The position numbers were made by a program, and so were the translations under genes. Shown piece by piece: positions 28,081 to 36,606 of a stretch of DNA of 38,150 nucleotides; position 1 is the stretch's first letter, and every line of letters begins with the position of its first letter. The notes beneath the pieces are model-generated. The model searched no databases, had not been told where the DNA came from, and was given only the letters and a program-made list of their open reading frames with translations. The stretch is from the NCBI GenBank assembly GCA_002785215.1, contig PFMK01000083.1:1-38150 (forward strand), written 5' to 3'. Source of the DNA: Candidatus Gottesmanbacteria bacterium CG_4_10_14_0_8_um_filter_37_24. GTDB lineage: Bacteria > Patescibacteriota > Microgenomatia > 2-02-FULL-39-11.

Positions 28081-29886
28081 TTAAATAACTTTTATAACTC
28101 CTCTGGGTACTCCCATCGCACAGGTGATGGGATAATCGCCTGTGGATGAAGGTGTAAATTCAAAAACAATAGTCTTCCCTTTTGCCAGGAACTTAGGATC
28201 GTCAACAAGTCTTGGCACAGTTATGGTCGACATACAACCGCTTCCATTATCTTTCACGTCAATTTCCATCCTGACTTTCTTCCCGGATTTGACCGTAAAA
28301 GTATTCGGTTGAATATCACTGCTTTGTGTATAGGTAGTTTTCAGGATTTGGACATCACCTTCATTCACTGCCGGTTTGGGAGTTACTTTAGGATCATTAG
28401 CATTAAAAGTGTTACTACCTCCACCTCCACAACCGCAGCCTCCTTTACCTCCACATGAAGCTCCTTGCGCAGCTTGTGGAGGTATATTCGCAGGATCATT
28501 TGCGGCTAAAGCCTGTCCTTTTACAGCGCCTCCCGAGTTTCCGACCACAGAAATGCTACCCGTAAACATTCCCATGCTGCAGGTAAATCGGATGATTCCT
28601 TCCTCAGTTGGAGTAAATTCAATTACATTTTCTCCCGGATGAAGGTTTTTACGGACATTTAACTTATCTGAAACTATACTAGCTGCACACGTATTGGGAT
28701 CTTTGGAATCGATGATCCAGCGAACCGGTATATCTTTCTTAACTATAAAAGAATTAGGTTTGTATCCTCCTGCATCTTGAGTCATTCTGATAATCTGATT
28801 TCCGTTTTCAAGTAGCGTATCTGTTGCCGCTAAAACATTTGAATTTCTGCTTGATAATATTGAGCTTAGTCCAGTCAAATTTAATCCGTTTGACAGGTTA
28901 AACAAACTAAGTAGTATTACTACCAACCCCGCCAGTCGGAAGAAACTTTGGGCAAATGCACCTTTAACAACAGATGTCAAACCGCCAACTCCCAAAAGCC
29001 CCGGGGCAGTACCTATCGCAAAAATACCCATAATGAGTGCTCCTGATACAGGATTTCCTGTTGTCATAGCATAAAGCTGCATGGCCTGGGTGAAACCGCA
29101 CGGAAGGAAAAAGGTGAGTCCGCCCATAATAGCAGAATTCTTATTACTGTATTCACCATCATTCTTTTTGTGAAGTCCTAGTATTCTTGCTAACCCTACC
29201 GGTAGTGTAATTTTTACATCTTCAAGTCTGGGAAATATACCTGTCAGTTGAATTCCCATCAGAAGCATAACAAGACTAACAGCTATGGTTAAAAAACCTA
29301 AACCGATACCGGAAAGTTGAAAAAATGATCCCGCCAATCCGATTATTGCTCCGAAAATTATATAGGAAACAATTCTTCCTGCATTAAAGTAAAGGTGCGG
29401 CTTAAATTTCTCCATAGGTGTGGCATCAGGATGTTTCTCAGAAAATCTGGCAGATACTCCAAGAACCAACCCTCCAACAAGAGCCATACAAGTTGAGAAT
29501 CCTGCAGTAATTCCAATAAGAAGAACTACAAATAGACTGGAGGGGTGATTTGCAACAGCCGGAGTTGATATTTTTATATCAAATACATAGAGAAGAATGT
29601 AGCCTAAAAATATAGTGATAGCGAAAGTCAGGATTTGAGCGTAGATATTAAAGTCTTTTGTGAAGAATGGTTTTTTATCTGACACTCCTATTTCGTATCC
29701 CGCCTTTTCTACCAAACATCTAATTTGTTCATAGTCAAGATGCTCCTCGTGTAGGATTTCAGCAACTCCTTTCTTTTGACTTACATTAATTTCATTAACT
29801 CCTTTTAAATTTCCAAGTTCTCCTTCGACTAATAGTTCGCAGGAACGGCAATGCATTCCTTTGATATTAATGGTTGTTTTTTTCAT
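28081..29886 (-). CDS. HMA + DsbD_2 membrane domain + two cupredoxin-like domains
   Basis: GMHCRSC; STCMALVGG and FLPCG; FTCSMGM and ITCAMG; Gly/Cys linker SCGGKGGCGCGG. Confidence 0.88.
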   Translation of the reverse strand: MKKTTINIKGMHCRSCELLVEGELGNLKGVNEINVSQKKGVAEILHEEHLDYEQIRCLVEKAGYEIGVSDKKPFFTKDFNIYAQILTFAITIFLGYILLYVFDIKISTPAVANHPSSLFVVLLIGITAGFSTCMALVGGLVLGVSARFSEKHPDATPMEKFKPHLYFNAGRIVSYIIFGAIIGLAGSFFQLSGIGLGFLTIAVSLVMLLMGIQLTGIFPRLEDVKITLPVGLARILGLHKKNDGEYSNKNSAIMGGLTFFLPCGFTQAMQLYAMTTGNPVSGALIMGIFAIGTAPGLLGVGGLTSVVKGAFAQSFFRLAGLVVILLSLFNLSNGLNLTGLSSILSSRNSNVLAATDTLLENGNQIIRMTQDAGGYKPNSFIVKKDIPVRWIIDSKDPNTCAASIVSDKLNVRKNLHPGENVIEFTPTEEGIIRFTCSMGMFTGSISVVGNSGGAVKGQALAANDPANIPPQAAQGASCGGKGGCGCGGGGSNTFNANDPKVTPKPAVNEGDVQILKTTYTQSSDIQPNTFTVKSGKKVRMEIDVKDNGSGCMSTITVPRLVDDPKFLAKGKTIVFEFTPSSTGDYPITCAMGVPRGVIKVI

Positions 29887-29933
29887 AGTTCGATAATACT
29901 CACTATGATCCTGAGCAAAGCCGAAGGATCATA
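29883..29933 (-). repeat. Double palindrome overlapping the start codon of the HMA-DsbD_2 gene
   Basis: TATGATCCTTCGGCTTTGCTCAGGATCATAGTGAGTATTATCGAACTATGA. Confidence 0.8.
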
Positions 29934-29937
29934 TTTA

Positions 29938-30750
29938 TTAATAAACATTTATAATCTCATCAATCACCTGTTTAAAATTCTCAAAAGGATATGCCCCTTG
30001 CATAACTTTGCTTTTACCTGTTTTAGTATCTAGAAGAATGTTTCCCGGAGTACCGCTTATCCCAAGTCTGCTTCCTTCTTCAATATCGTCTTTAACACGC
30101 TGGCTATATTTGCCACTATCCAAACAAGTTTTAAATTTAGCCTCTTTTAATCCGATTTCTTTAGCCAATGGTGCAAGATCAGCCAAAGCAAATCCGGTTC
30201 CTCCGGAAGAAGTCCTGTTGGTAAGAGTATTTACATACTTCCAGAAAGCGGTATTTCCTCCTAAATCATTGGCACATTCTGACGCTTCAGCTTCTTTTTG
30301 TGCATTGGCATGCAATGATAATGGAAAGTGGCGGTATACCCACGAAACCTGTCCTTTATAGGTATCAACTATTTGCTGGGCTGTTGGGTGAAATTTCTTA
30401 CAAAAAGGACATTCCATATCAGAATACTCAAAAAGAATAATTCTTGCGTTTTTATTTCCATTTATATGGTCATCTTTGGCAAGTTTTATATCACTATTTT
30501 CAAAACTAATAGTAGGAGAAACTGATGGTACAGGCTGATTTCCTTCATTTGCTGCAACTTGGATTCCTGCAACCTTTTGACTATTATCCTTTCCGGATAA
30601 ACTTTTTTCCAATATTTGCACTTTTGTATAAAGAGAACCGATAAGAAAAGAACTTACTATCAATAATCCGAGCAAAAAATAGGTTAGAATAGATTCCTTC
30701 TTTTTAATCGAAGTAGTTTGAGATGACTGCATCATATTTTTAATTGCCAA
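29938..30750 (-). CDS. DsbA/BdbD-family thiol-disulfide oxidoreductase (start may be ATG at 30735)
   Basis: N-terminal TM, EYSDMECPFC, RHFPL..H, GISGTP cis-Pro loop, GAYP. Confidence 0.92.
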   Translation of the reverse strand: MAIKNMMQSSQTTSIKKKESILTYFLLGLLIVSSFLIGSLYTKVQILEKSLSGKDNSQKVAGIQVAANEGNQPVPSVSPTISFENSDIKLAKDDHINGNKNARIILFEYSDMECPFCKKFHPTAQQIVDTYKGQVSWVYRHFPLSLHANAQKEAEASECANDLGGNTAFWKYVNTLTNRTSSGGTGFALADLAPLAKEIGLKEAKFKTCLDSGKYSQRVKDDIEEGSRLGISGTPGNILLDTKTGKSKVMQGAYPFENFKQVIDEIINVY

Positions 30751-30767
30751 TTTTTCTAATAAGTTAA

Positions 30768-30801
30768 ATCATACCAATACGGTTATTAAGATTTTATGAG
30801 T
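30768..30801 (-). promoter_or_regulatory. Direct-repeat regulator box plus -10 element
   Basis: ACTCAT-aaaat-CTTAAT-N11-TATGAT. Confidence 0.75.
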
Positions 30802-30841
30802 AACAGGCACAATAAAATTAGGGGTTAGAGGAATAGGGTAA

Positions 30842-31219
30842 TTATTTTGCGTTATCAACAATAGTATGGATAGCTTTTTCTACATCATCTACGAGATCAT
30901 CAATGTTAATGAAAATCTCTTTCATAATAACCGGCTTCATCCCTGAAATATAAGTCTTTCCATTCTTTACATAAACGTTTATTTTACAGGGGAGGCACAG
31001 GGCAAGATTTATATCTTTCTGAATAGCTGTATACGCATTTTTAGCATTGCAGATTTCAATTATTTTTAACGGGTCAATAATAAAATTCTTTTTACTAAGA
31101 GTTTCTTTTACATCATGCACATATAAAACACGGAATCCTGCTCTTCCAGTTTCAGCTTCTACGCTTTCAACTGCTTCATCAAATGATTTTTTTGTCTGGA
31201 GTGTATAATCAATTTCCAT
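30842..31219 (-). CDS. DUF302 family protein
   Basis: KSFDEAV...GFRVL..HDV, IEICN, LCLPCKI.VY. Confidence 0.88.
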   Translation of the reverse strand: MEIDYTLQTKKSFDEAVESVEAETGRAGFRVLYVHDVKETLSKKNFIIDPLKIIEICNAKNAYTAIQKDINLALCLPCKINVYVKNGKTYISGMKPVIMKEIFINIDDLVDDVEKAIHTIVDNAK

Positions 31220-31364
31220 TATTTTTTTTATTAATTACTTTCCAAAAATATATAATGCCTAACGTCAAAAATATTATTACTAAAACCCAAGTTAACAACC
31301 CGATAAAAGTAAAAGAACCATATCCTCCCATCATATTTTCATAATATCCCATCATAAACTTCAT
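31209..31364 (-). CDS. Small Met/Gly/Tyr-rich single-pass membrane protein (51 aa; not in ORF track)
   Basis: MKFMMGYYENMMGGYGSFTFIGLLTWVLVIIFLTLGIIYFWKVINKKNNGN; fills the gap between copB and DUF302; start may be the ATG at 31355. Confidence 0.75.
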   Translation of the reverse strand: MKFMMGYYENMMGGYGSFTFIGLLTWVLVIIFLTLGIIYFWKVINKKNNGN

Positions 31365-31369
31365 CACCT

Positions 31370-33574
31370 TTATAATTTTGTTCTTCTCAATAACAATGCA
31401 TTAAACACAACTATCACTGACGATGCGCTCATCAGAAGTGCTGCCCATTCAGGTTTAAGAAGTATACCAAACGATGGATAAAGAACACCTGCAGCTGTTG
31501 GTATAGCAAAAACGTTATATCCTGTTGCCCAAATAAGATTCTGTATCATTTTGGAATTAGTCTTCCGACTGAGAGTTATAGCTTTTACCACATCCAGTGG
31601 ATCATTTTTCATAAGGACTATATCTGCCGACTCTACAGCCACGTCCGTACCTGTACCAATAGCAATACCCACATGAGCTTGTGTAAGCGATGGAGCATCG
31701 TTTACTCCATCACCAACCATTGCCACGATTTCACCGCTCTTTTGCAACTCTTTAATTTTGTTAACTTTATCCTCAGGTAAAACCTCGGCAAAAACCTTAT
31801 CTACATCCAGTTCCTTTCCGACAACTTCGGCCACATCCTTAGTATCACCTGTAAGCATGGCCGTCTTTATTCCCATATCATGCAGCTTTCTTATCGCTTC
31901 TTTTGATTCTTTCCGGATTATATCGGCAAGTAAAATTATCCCTTCCAGTTTGTTGTCAATAGCAACATACACCGGTGTTTTCCCTTGGACTTTAGAGTCG
32001 CTAAATTCAGTAATTTCCATTTCCAGACCTAATTCGCTTATTAACACCCTATTGCCGACAGCGACTCTTTTACCGTCTACTTCACCCGTTGCTCCCTTTC
32101 CGGGAAAGGATTTAAAGTTCTTAACTTCAGGAATAGCCAGTTTTTCTTCTTTAATCTGATTGACTATTCCTTTGGCAATTGAATGTTGGGAATTAACCTC
32201 AACTGTTGCTGCCATTTGTAATAAATCATTTCTCGAAATCTTTGTATCTTTATTTTGAATAATATCCGTTACACCAAACTCACCTTTGGTTAGTGTCCCT
32301 GTCTTATCAAATACCACGAAACTGATTTTTCGTGCAATCTCCAAACCCTTCATATCTTTGATGAGAATCCCGTTTCTAGCCCCAAGTGTTGAAGTAATGG
32401 TGGTAACTGTAGGAATAGCCAGTCCTAAAGCATGAGGACAGGCAACGACTATGGCAGCCACAGCAACTGTGGCAGCAAAAACAGCTCCCTGAGGAGAAAT
32501 AAAAAACCAATAAAAGAAGGAGGAAAATCCGGCTATGATTGCCACATAAAACAGTATTCCGGCTGCACGATCAGCCAGATGTTGTACGTTGGGTTTTGAG
32601 ACTTGGGCTTGGGTTATGAGTTTCATAATCTGAGAAACTGCGGTATCAGCTCCGGTCTTGGTTACCTCAATAGTTAGGGAACCATCCTGATTTATCGTTC
32701 CGCCGATCACTTTGTCACCCTTCTTTTTACCAATAGGCCGGGATTCCCCGGTAATCATAGATTCATCTACGGAACTTTCTCCCTCCAAAACCACTCCATC
32801 AATGGGAATCTTCTCACCAGGTTTAACCAGGACTTTTTCACCAATTTTTACTTCTCGGGTTTCCACATCAACTATTTCGCCTTTATCTCTTAATAGATGT
32901 GCAGAAGAAGGAATCAGTTTAGCCAGTTCTGCCAATGCTCCAGTAGCACCCCGAACTGCTCGCATTTCCAGCCAATGACCTAAAAGAAAGACAGATATTA
33001 AAGTTGAAATTTCCCAGTAGAGTGATTCTCCCGGAAAAAGAAAAGTTGCTACAACGGAAAAAGAATATCCAACTGTTATGGCAAAAACCACGAGAGTCAT
33101 CATCCCAGGATTTCTTTTTGAAAGTTCACCTTTGGCTGACCGGAAAAAGGGTATACCCCCAAAAAGGAAGATAAACGTACCGATAAGAAAAAGAGCTAAC
33201 TCTCTGCCGGAAAAAACGATATTTAAACCTATCCACTTTTGGATATTGGGAGAAAGCAACATGGTGATAAAGACAAATGGGAGAGTGAAAAAAAACCGTT
33301 TCCGGAATTCAAATTCCATTGACGCATGGTTTTCTTGTCCTTCATGATCTGATGAGGTCATAGGTACAAGTTTCATTCCACATTTCGGACAATTCCCCGG
33401 TTCGTCTTTTATGACATCAGGGTCCATCGGACAGGTATATAATCCGATACCTTTAGTAGGACTACGAAGTTCACGATTTTCTTCTTTATAATTAAGAGTC
33501 ATTCCGCACTTGGAACAGGTACCGGGTTTATCCGAGGATACTTCAGGATGCATTGGGCAAATATATTTTTCCAT
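31370..33574 (-). CDS. copB: Copper P1B-3 ATPase with two N-terminal CPMH-type metal-binding repeats
   Basis: [54 protein letters not shown]. Confidence 0.92.
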   Translation of the reverse strand: MEKYICPMHPEVSSDKPGTCSKCGMTLNYKEENRELRSPTKGIGLYTCPMDPDVIKDEPGNCPKCGMKLVPMTSSDHEGQENHASMEFEFRKRFFFTLPFVFITMLLSPNIQKWIGLNIVFSGRELALFLIGTFIFLFGGIPFFRSAKGELSKRNPGMMTLVVFAITVGYSFSVVATFLFPGESLYWEISTLISVFLLGHWLEMRAVRGATGALAELAKLIPSSAHLLRDKGEIVDVETREVKIGEKVLVKPGEKIPIDGVVLEGESSVDESMITGESRPIGKKKGDKVIGGTINQDGSLTIEVTKTGADTAVSQIMKLITQAQVSKPNVQHLADRAAGILFYVAIIAGFSSFFYWFFISPQGAVFAATVAVAAIVVACPHALGLAIPTVTTITSTLGARNGILIKDMKGLEIARKISFVVFDKTGTLTKGEFGVTDIIQNKDTKISRNDLLQMAATVEVNSQHSIAKGIVNQIKEEKLAIPEVKNFKSFPGKGATGEVDGKRVAVGNRVLISELGLEMEITEFSDSKVQGKTPVYVAIDNKLEGIILLADIIRKESKEAIRKLHDMGIKTAMLTGDTKDVAEVVGKELDVDKVFAEVLPEDKVNKIKELQKSGEIVAMVGDGVNDAPSLTQAHVGIAIGTGTDVAVESADIVLMKNDPLDVVKAITLSRKTNSKMIQNLIWATGYNVFAIPTAAGVLYPSFGILLKPEWAALLMSASSVIVVFNALLLRRTKL

Positions 33575-33605
33575 ATTAATCTTATTGTACCTTAATAGTT
33601 AAAAT

Positions 33606-33639
33606 ATTATATTTTTCTTTTCATTAAGATTTTGTGAAG
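33606..33639 (-). promoter_or_regulatory. Direct-repeat regulator box plus -10 element
   Basis: CTTCAC-aaaat-CTTAAT-N11-TATAAT. Confidence 0.78.
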
Positions 33640-33702
33640 AAAGTCTGGAATAAGATATAAATACCCTGTAGGACCTCTTATATGAATTTTACAGCAATTC
33701 AT
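33607..33702 (-). CDS. Putative 31-aa peptide or gene remnant starting MNCC (not in ORF track)
   Basis: AAGGAGG RBS 5 nt before ATG and own regulator box; MNCCKIHIRGPTGYLYLIPDFLHKILMKRKI. Confidence 0.45.
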   Translation of the reverse strand: MNCCKIHIRGPTGYLYLIPDFLHKILMKRKI

Positions 33703-33720
33703 ATTGTCCTCCTTTAATTC

Positions 33721-33754
33721 ATCGTACAAGATGGTTCATTAAGTTTCTGTTAGT
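33721..33754 (-). promoter_or_regulatory. Direct-repeat regulator box plus -10 element
   Basis: ACTAAC-agaaa-CTTAAT-N11-TACGAT. Confidence 0.65.
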
Positions 33755-33794
33755 GGAAGATGAAGAATTTTTAATCCTTCGATTCCACTCAGGA

Positions 33795-33998
33795 TTAATG
33801 TTTATGGTTACCGCCTCTCATCATCAATACATGAAGCAGCGGACATGCCAGTAAGATTGCGGCTGTACCGATTGTTGATATGGGTACTTTAAACAAAGTC
33901 ACTGCAATAATTGCAATTACTACTCCCGCCAAACATATTCCAAACGTTTTAGCAGAAATAAATGAAGTTTTTTGTGTATGAGTATCAATCTTATCCAT
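33795..33998 (-). CDS. Small membrane protein, DUF2933-like
   Basis: Two TM segments, LACPLLHVLMM.GG.H.H; GGAGGTGA RBS. Confidence 0.82.
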   Translation of the reverse strand: MDKIDTHTQKTSFISAKTFGICLAGVVIAIIAVTLFKVPISTIGTAAILLACPLLHVLMMRGGNHKH

Positions 33999-34016
33999 TT
34001 TTGTTCACCTCCCTTG

Positions 34017-34043
34017 GCCTCCGCAGCTTTATGCGAAGGAGGC
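34017..34043. repeat. Short GC-rich palindrome in 5' leader
   Basis: gcctcc-gcagctttatgcgaa-ggaggc; a loosely similar palindrome lies at 36384-36407. Confidence 0.55.
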
Positions 34044-34090
34044 TTAATTGAATAAAGCTATTGTTCCGGCCAAAGCTGGCTTTAATATTT

Positions 34091-34124
34091 AGTATAGAAA
34101 AAAAATTATGAAGATTGTATTAAT
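34091..34124 (-). promoter_or_regulatory. Direct-repeat regulator box plus -10 element
   Basis: ATTAAT-acaat-CTTCAT-N11-TATACT. Confidence 0.7.
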
Positions 34125-34137
34125 GCTGGAAAGAAAA

Positions 34138-35535
34138 TTAAGTGATAGGAAAGGAAATAGATATAATGGTACCTTTTTCCACTTTACTCTCGATATCTAT
34201 TTTCCCTTTATGTGAAGAAATGATTGCCTGTGCGATAGCAAGGCCAAGGCCTGAACCGGAAGTTTTCTCATTTTTCGATCCCCTATAAAAACGCTCAAAT
34301 ATCTGCGGAAGATCTTTTTTGGCAATTCCGATTCCGTTATCTTTTATCTGTAAATAAACCTTGTGGGGTGTCTTATGAAGCGTGATAAAAACTGTCCCTT
34401 TCTCAGGTGTGTATTTCACGGCGTTGTCAACGATATTCACTATTGCATGAAATAATTTCTCTCTTTTCCCGTGTATTTTGATATTGGAGATAATATTTCC
34501 CATAATCTTTATTTTTTTTGAAGAAGCCATTTTTGTAGCTAAATCACGAATTTCTTCGATAAGTTCTGAAAAATCAAACATCTCAAATTGAGTGGTCATT
34601 TCCGCCTCTGACCAGGCAAGATCCAGAATGTTTTCCAGTGTTCCCGACATTCTTTTATTATCAATAAGTGTCTCGTCCAGAGCTTTTATATATTCGCTAT
34701 TTCTCCTGTCTTTTGAACGGATAACTTCAATATTACTTCGTTGAGTTGCAAGAGGAGTTTTAAGTTCATGCGCTATATCTCCGATGAATTGCCGCTCCCT
34801 TTTGAATGCCTGATTTAAGCGATCCAACAGACTATTAAATGTTACGGCTAATTCTTTTATCTCATCGTTTGTTTTGGGAGTGGTTACCCGCTCGTCTAGA
34901 TTTTCACTACTTATCTTTTTCAGCTTTTCAGAAATGGAAGTAATAGGTGCAATAGCGCTTTTGGCAAGAAGATATCCACCAAGGACTGTAGGTATTAAAA
35001 ACACAACAAAAACAACTCCCAGCATAAGAAGCAAATTATTCAGGGATTTTTCTATCACGTCGATTGGATGACCAACAAAAACCACCCCTAGGAGCTGACC
35101 ATTTTTATATATCGGATCAATCCAAAAACGTAGTTTAAGATCAGAAATAATATGATCAGTGATGTGAGGGGATTTAGTACGGGACGCTTGCTCAAATAGT
35201 TGGGAGAGTCTATTATCAAGCTTATCAAAAGTTACGGAACTTCCTACAATATTCCCTGTACTATCCATCAGAATTACGACCATTCCCGGTATGTCGCTAA
35301 ATTCTGTAAGAAAAGCATTTCTTGCCATCATCTGGCATGTTTGACACGATTTATTTTCTTCTCTAGTGATAACCTCCACAATTTTACTTCCATGAGAATC
35401 GAGAGTCGTATCCGTCTGCGAATAAAGAGTTTGTTTCGTAATCAGATAAAAACTGGTAAAGATAACAGCGGTAGCGATGAAAAAAGCAACAGAGTACCAG
35501 ACTGTAAGATGAAATCTCACGCTTCTTGTATTCAT
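34138..35535 (-). CDS. Sensor histidine kinase (2 TM, HAMP, HisKA, HATPase), CusS/ArlS-like
   Basis: FIGDIAHELKTPL, NIVDNAVKY, DNGIGI, IFERFYR, GSGLGLAI. Confidence 0.95.
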   Translation of the reverse strand: MNTRSVRFHLTVWYSVAFFIATAVIFTSFYLITKQTLYSQTDTTLDSHGSKIVEVITREENKSCQTCQMMARNAFLTEFSDIPGMVVILMDSTGNIVGSSVTFDKLDNRLSQLFEQASRTKSPHITDHIISDLKLRFWIDPIYKNGQLLGVVFVGHPIDVIEKSLNNLLLMLGVVFVVFLIPTVLGGYLLAKSAIAPITSISEKLKKISSENLDERVTTPKTNDEIKELAVTFNSLLDRLNQAFKRERQFIGDIAHELKTPLATQRSNIEVIRSKDRRNSEYIKALDETLIDNKRMSGTLENILDLAWSEAEMTTQFEMFDFSELIEEIRDLATKMASSKKIKIMGNIISNIKIHGKREKLFHAIVNIVDNAVKYTPEKGTVFITLHKTPHKVYLQIKDNGIGIAKKDLPQIFERFYRGSKNEKTSGSGLGLAIAQAIISSHKGKIDIESKVEKGTIISISFPIT

Positions 35536-35568
35536 AACAGATCCTTCAGCAAGCTCAGGATGAAACAG
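35536..35568. repeat. Palindrome with flanking 5-nt direct repeat just upstream of the kinase start
   Basis: aacag-ATCCT-tcagcaagctc-AGGAT-ga-aacag; same family as 27795 and 29883. Confidence 0.65.
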
Positions 35569-35573
35569 TTTGA

Positions 35574-36248
35574 TTATACAGTTTCACTTATTTTGTATCC
35601 AATGCCATGCAGAGTATGGATTAACTTCACTTTTGCATTCTTGTCTACCTTACGCCTTATTGCGGCAACAAAAACATCAACTACATTGCTCATGCTGTCA
35701 AAGTTATAGTCCCATACATGTTCAATAATCATTGTCCTTGAAACAACTTCATCTTTATGACGAAGCAAGAGTTCCAAAACTGAAAATTCTTTGGGAGTTA
35801 GAGTAATTGCTTTCCCTCCTCTTGTTAAATTATGTTTTATCGGATCAAGTTCCAAATCAGCGATTTTAAGAATGGGTGATGATTCCTGTTTGCTTCGTCT
35901 GATAAGAGCATGTATTCGGGAACGAAGTTCCAGATAAGCAAAGGGTTTTGTAATATAATCATCCGCTCCGCTATCAAGACCGATAATTTTTTCTTCAAGT
36001 GTAGCCCTGGCGGTAAGCATTAGAATTGGGATCTTAATGTTTTTCTTACGAAGCTCTTTGCAGATTGTTATACCATCTACTTTGGGAAGTGTAATGTCCA
36101 ATATAATAAGATCGTACTCTTCGGACTGCGCAAGATATTGTCCTTCTTCTCCATCAAAAGCCATATCGACTGCGAATCCTTCCTCCATAAGACCTTTTTT
36201 CACCACGTTTGCCAGACGTCTTTCATCTTCAATAAGGAGTATTCTCAT
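35574..36248 (-). CDS. OmpR/PhoB-family response regulator (CusR/CopR-like)
   Basis: LLIEDE, LDITLP, MLTA, GADDYITKPF, winged helix LTPKEF..VVDVFV..IRRKV..LHGIGY. Confidence 0.95.
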   Translation of the reverse strand: MRILLIEDERRLANVVKKGLMEEGFAVDMAFDGEEGQYLAQSEEYDLIILDITLPKVDGITICKELRKKNIKIPILMLTARATLEEKIIGLDSGADDYITKPFAYLELRSRIHALIRRSKQESSPILKIADLELDPIKHNLTRGGKAITLTPKEFSVLELLLRHKDEVVSRTMIIEHVWDYNFDSMSNVVDVFVAAIRRKVDKNAKVKLIHTLHGIGYKISETV

Positions 36249-36256
36249 ATCGCAGT

Positions 36257-36289
36257 ATTATACACCAAGAAGATTAAGAATTTATTAAA
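36257..36289 (-). promoter_or_regulatory. Direct-repeat box plus -10, probable autoregulated near-leaderless promoter
   Basis: TTTAAT-aaatt-CTTAAT-N10-TATAAT-8 nt-ATG. Confidence 0.65.
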
Positions 36290-36430
36290 TTTATCAGACT
36301 CTTCGCTTATCGGTAATTTTGCTCATAATAAGAAAAGTTTAACATTACGGTGGTTTTAGAAGATTCAAATAACGGTATCTTTCTCCTTCGCTTTAAGCTA
36401 CAGAGGATGAAAACGAGATTACCCTATTTG

Positions 36431-36479
36431 AGGATAATGGCATTTTTTGAAGTGCTACTCGAATAAGGTACTTCACGAA
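36431..36479 (+). repeat. ~49-bp dispersed repeat, copy 3
   Basis: aggataatggcattttttgaagtgctactcgaataaggtacttcacgaa. Confidence 0.85.
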
Positions 36480-36606
36480 ATACTTGTATTACTCCCTTTT
36501 TGAAATCTTGCTCTTATTTATTAAGATCTATACCAAAAAAGTTATTCTGCATCCAATTTTTAAGCTAATTATTGCTTTTATTTTCCTTTCGTGAAATGAT
36601 ACTATT

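Noticed and set aside
28081-29886. Sulfite exporter TauE/SafE
   Set aside because: HMA and cupredoxin-like domains, paired TM cysteines and copper-cluster context point to a DsbD_2-type copper/redox protein
11010-36479. CRISPR array or integron attC sites
   Set aside because: Repeats are kilobases apart, lack RYYYAAC/GTTRRRY ends, and no cas or integrase gene is present
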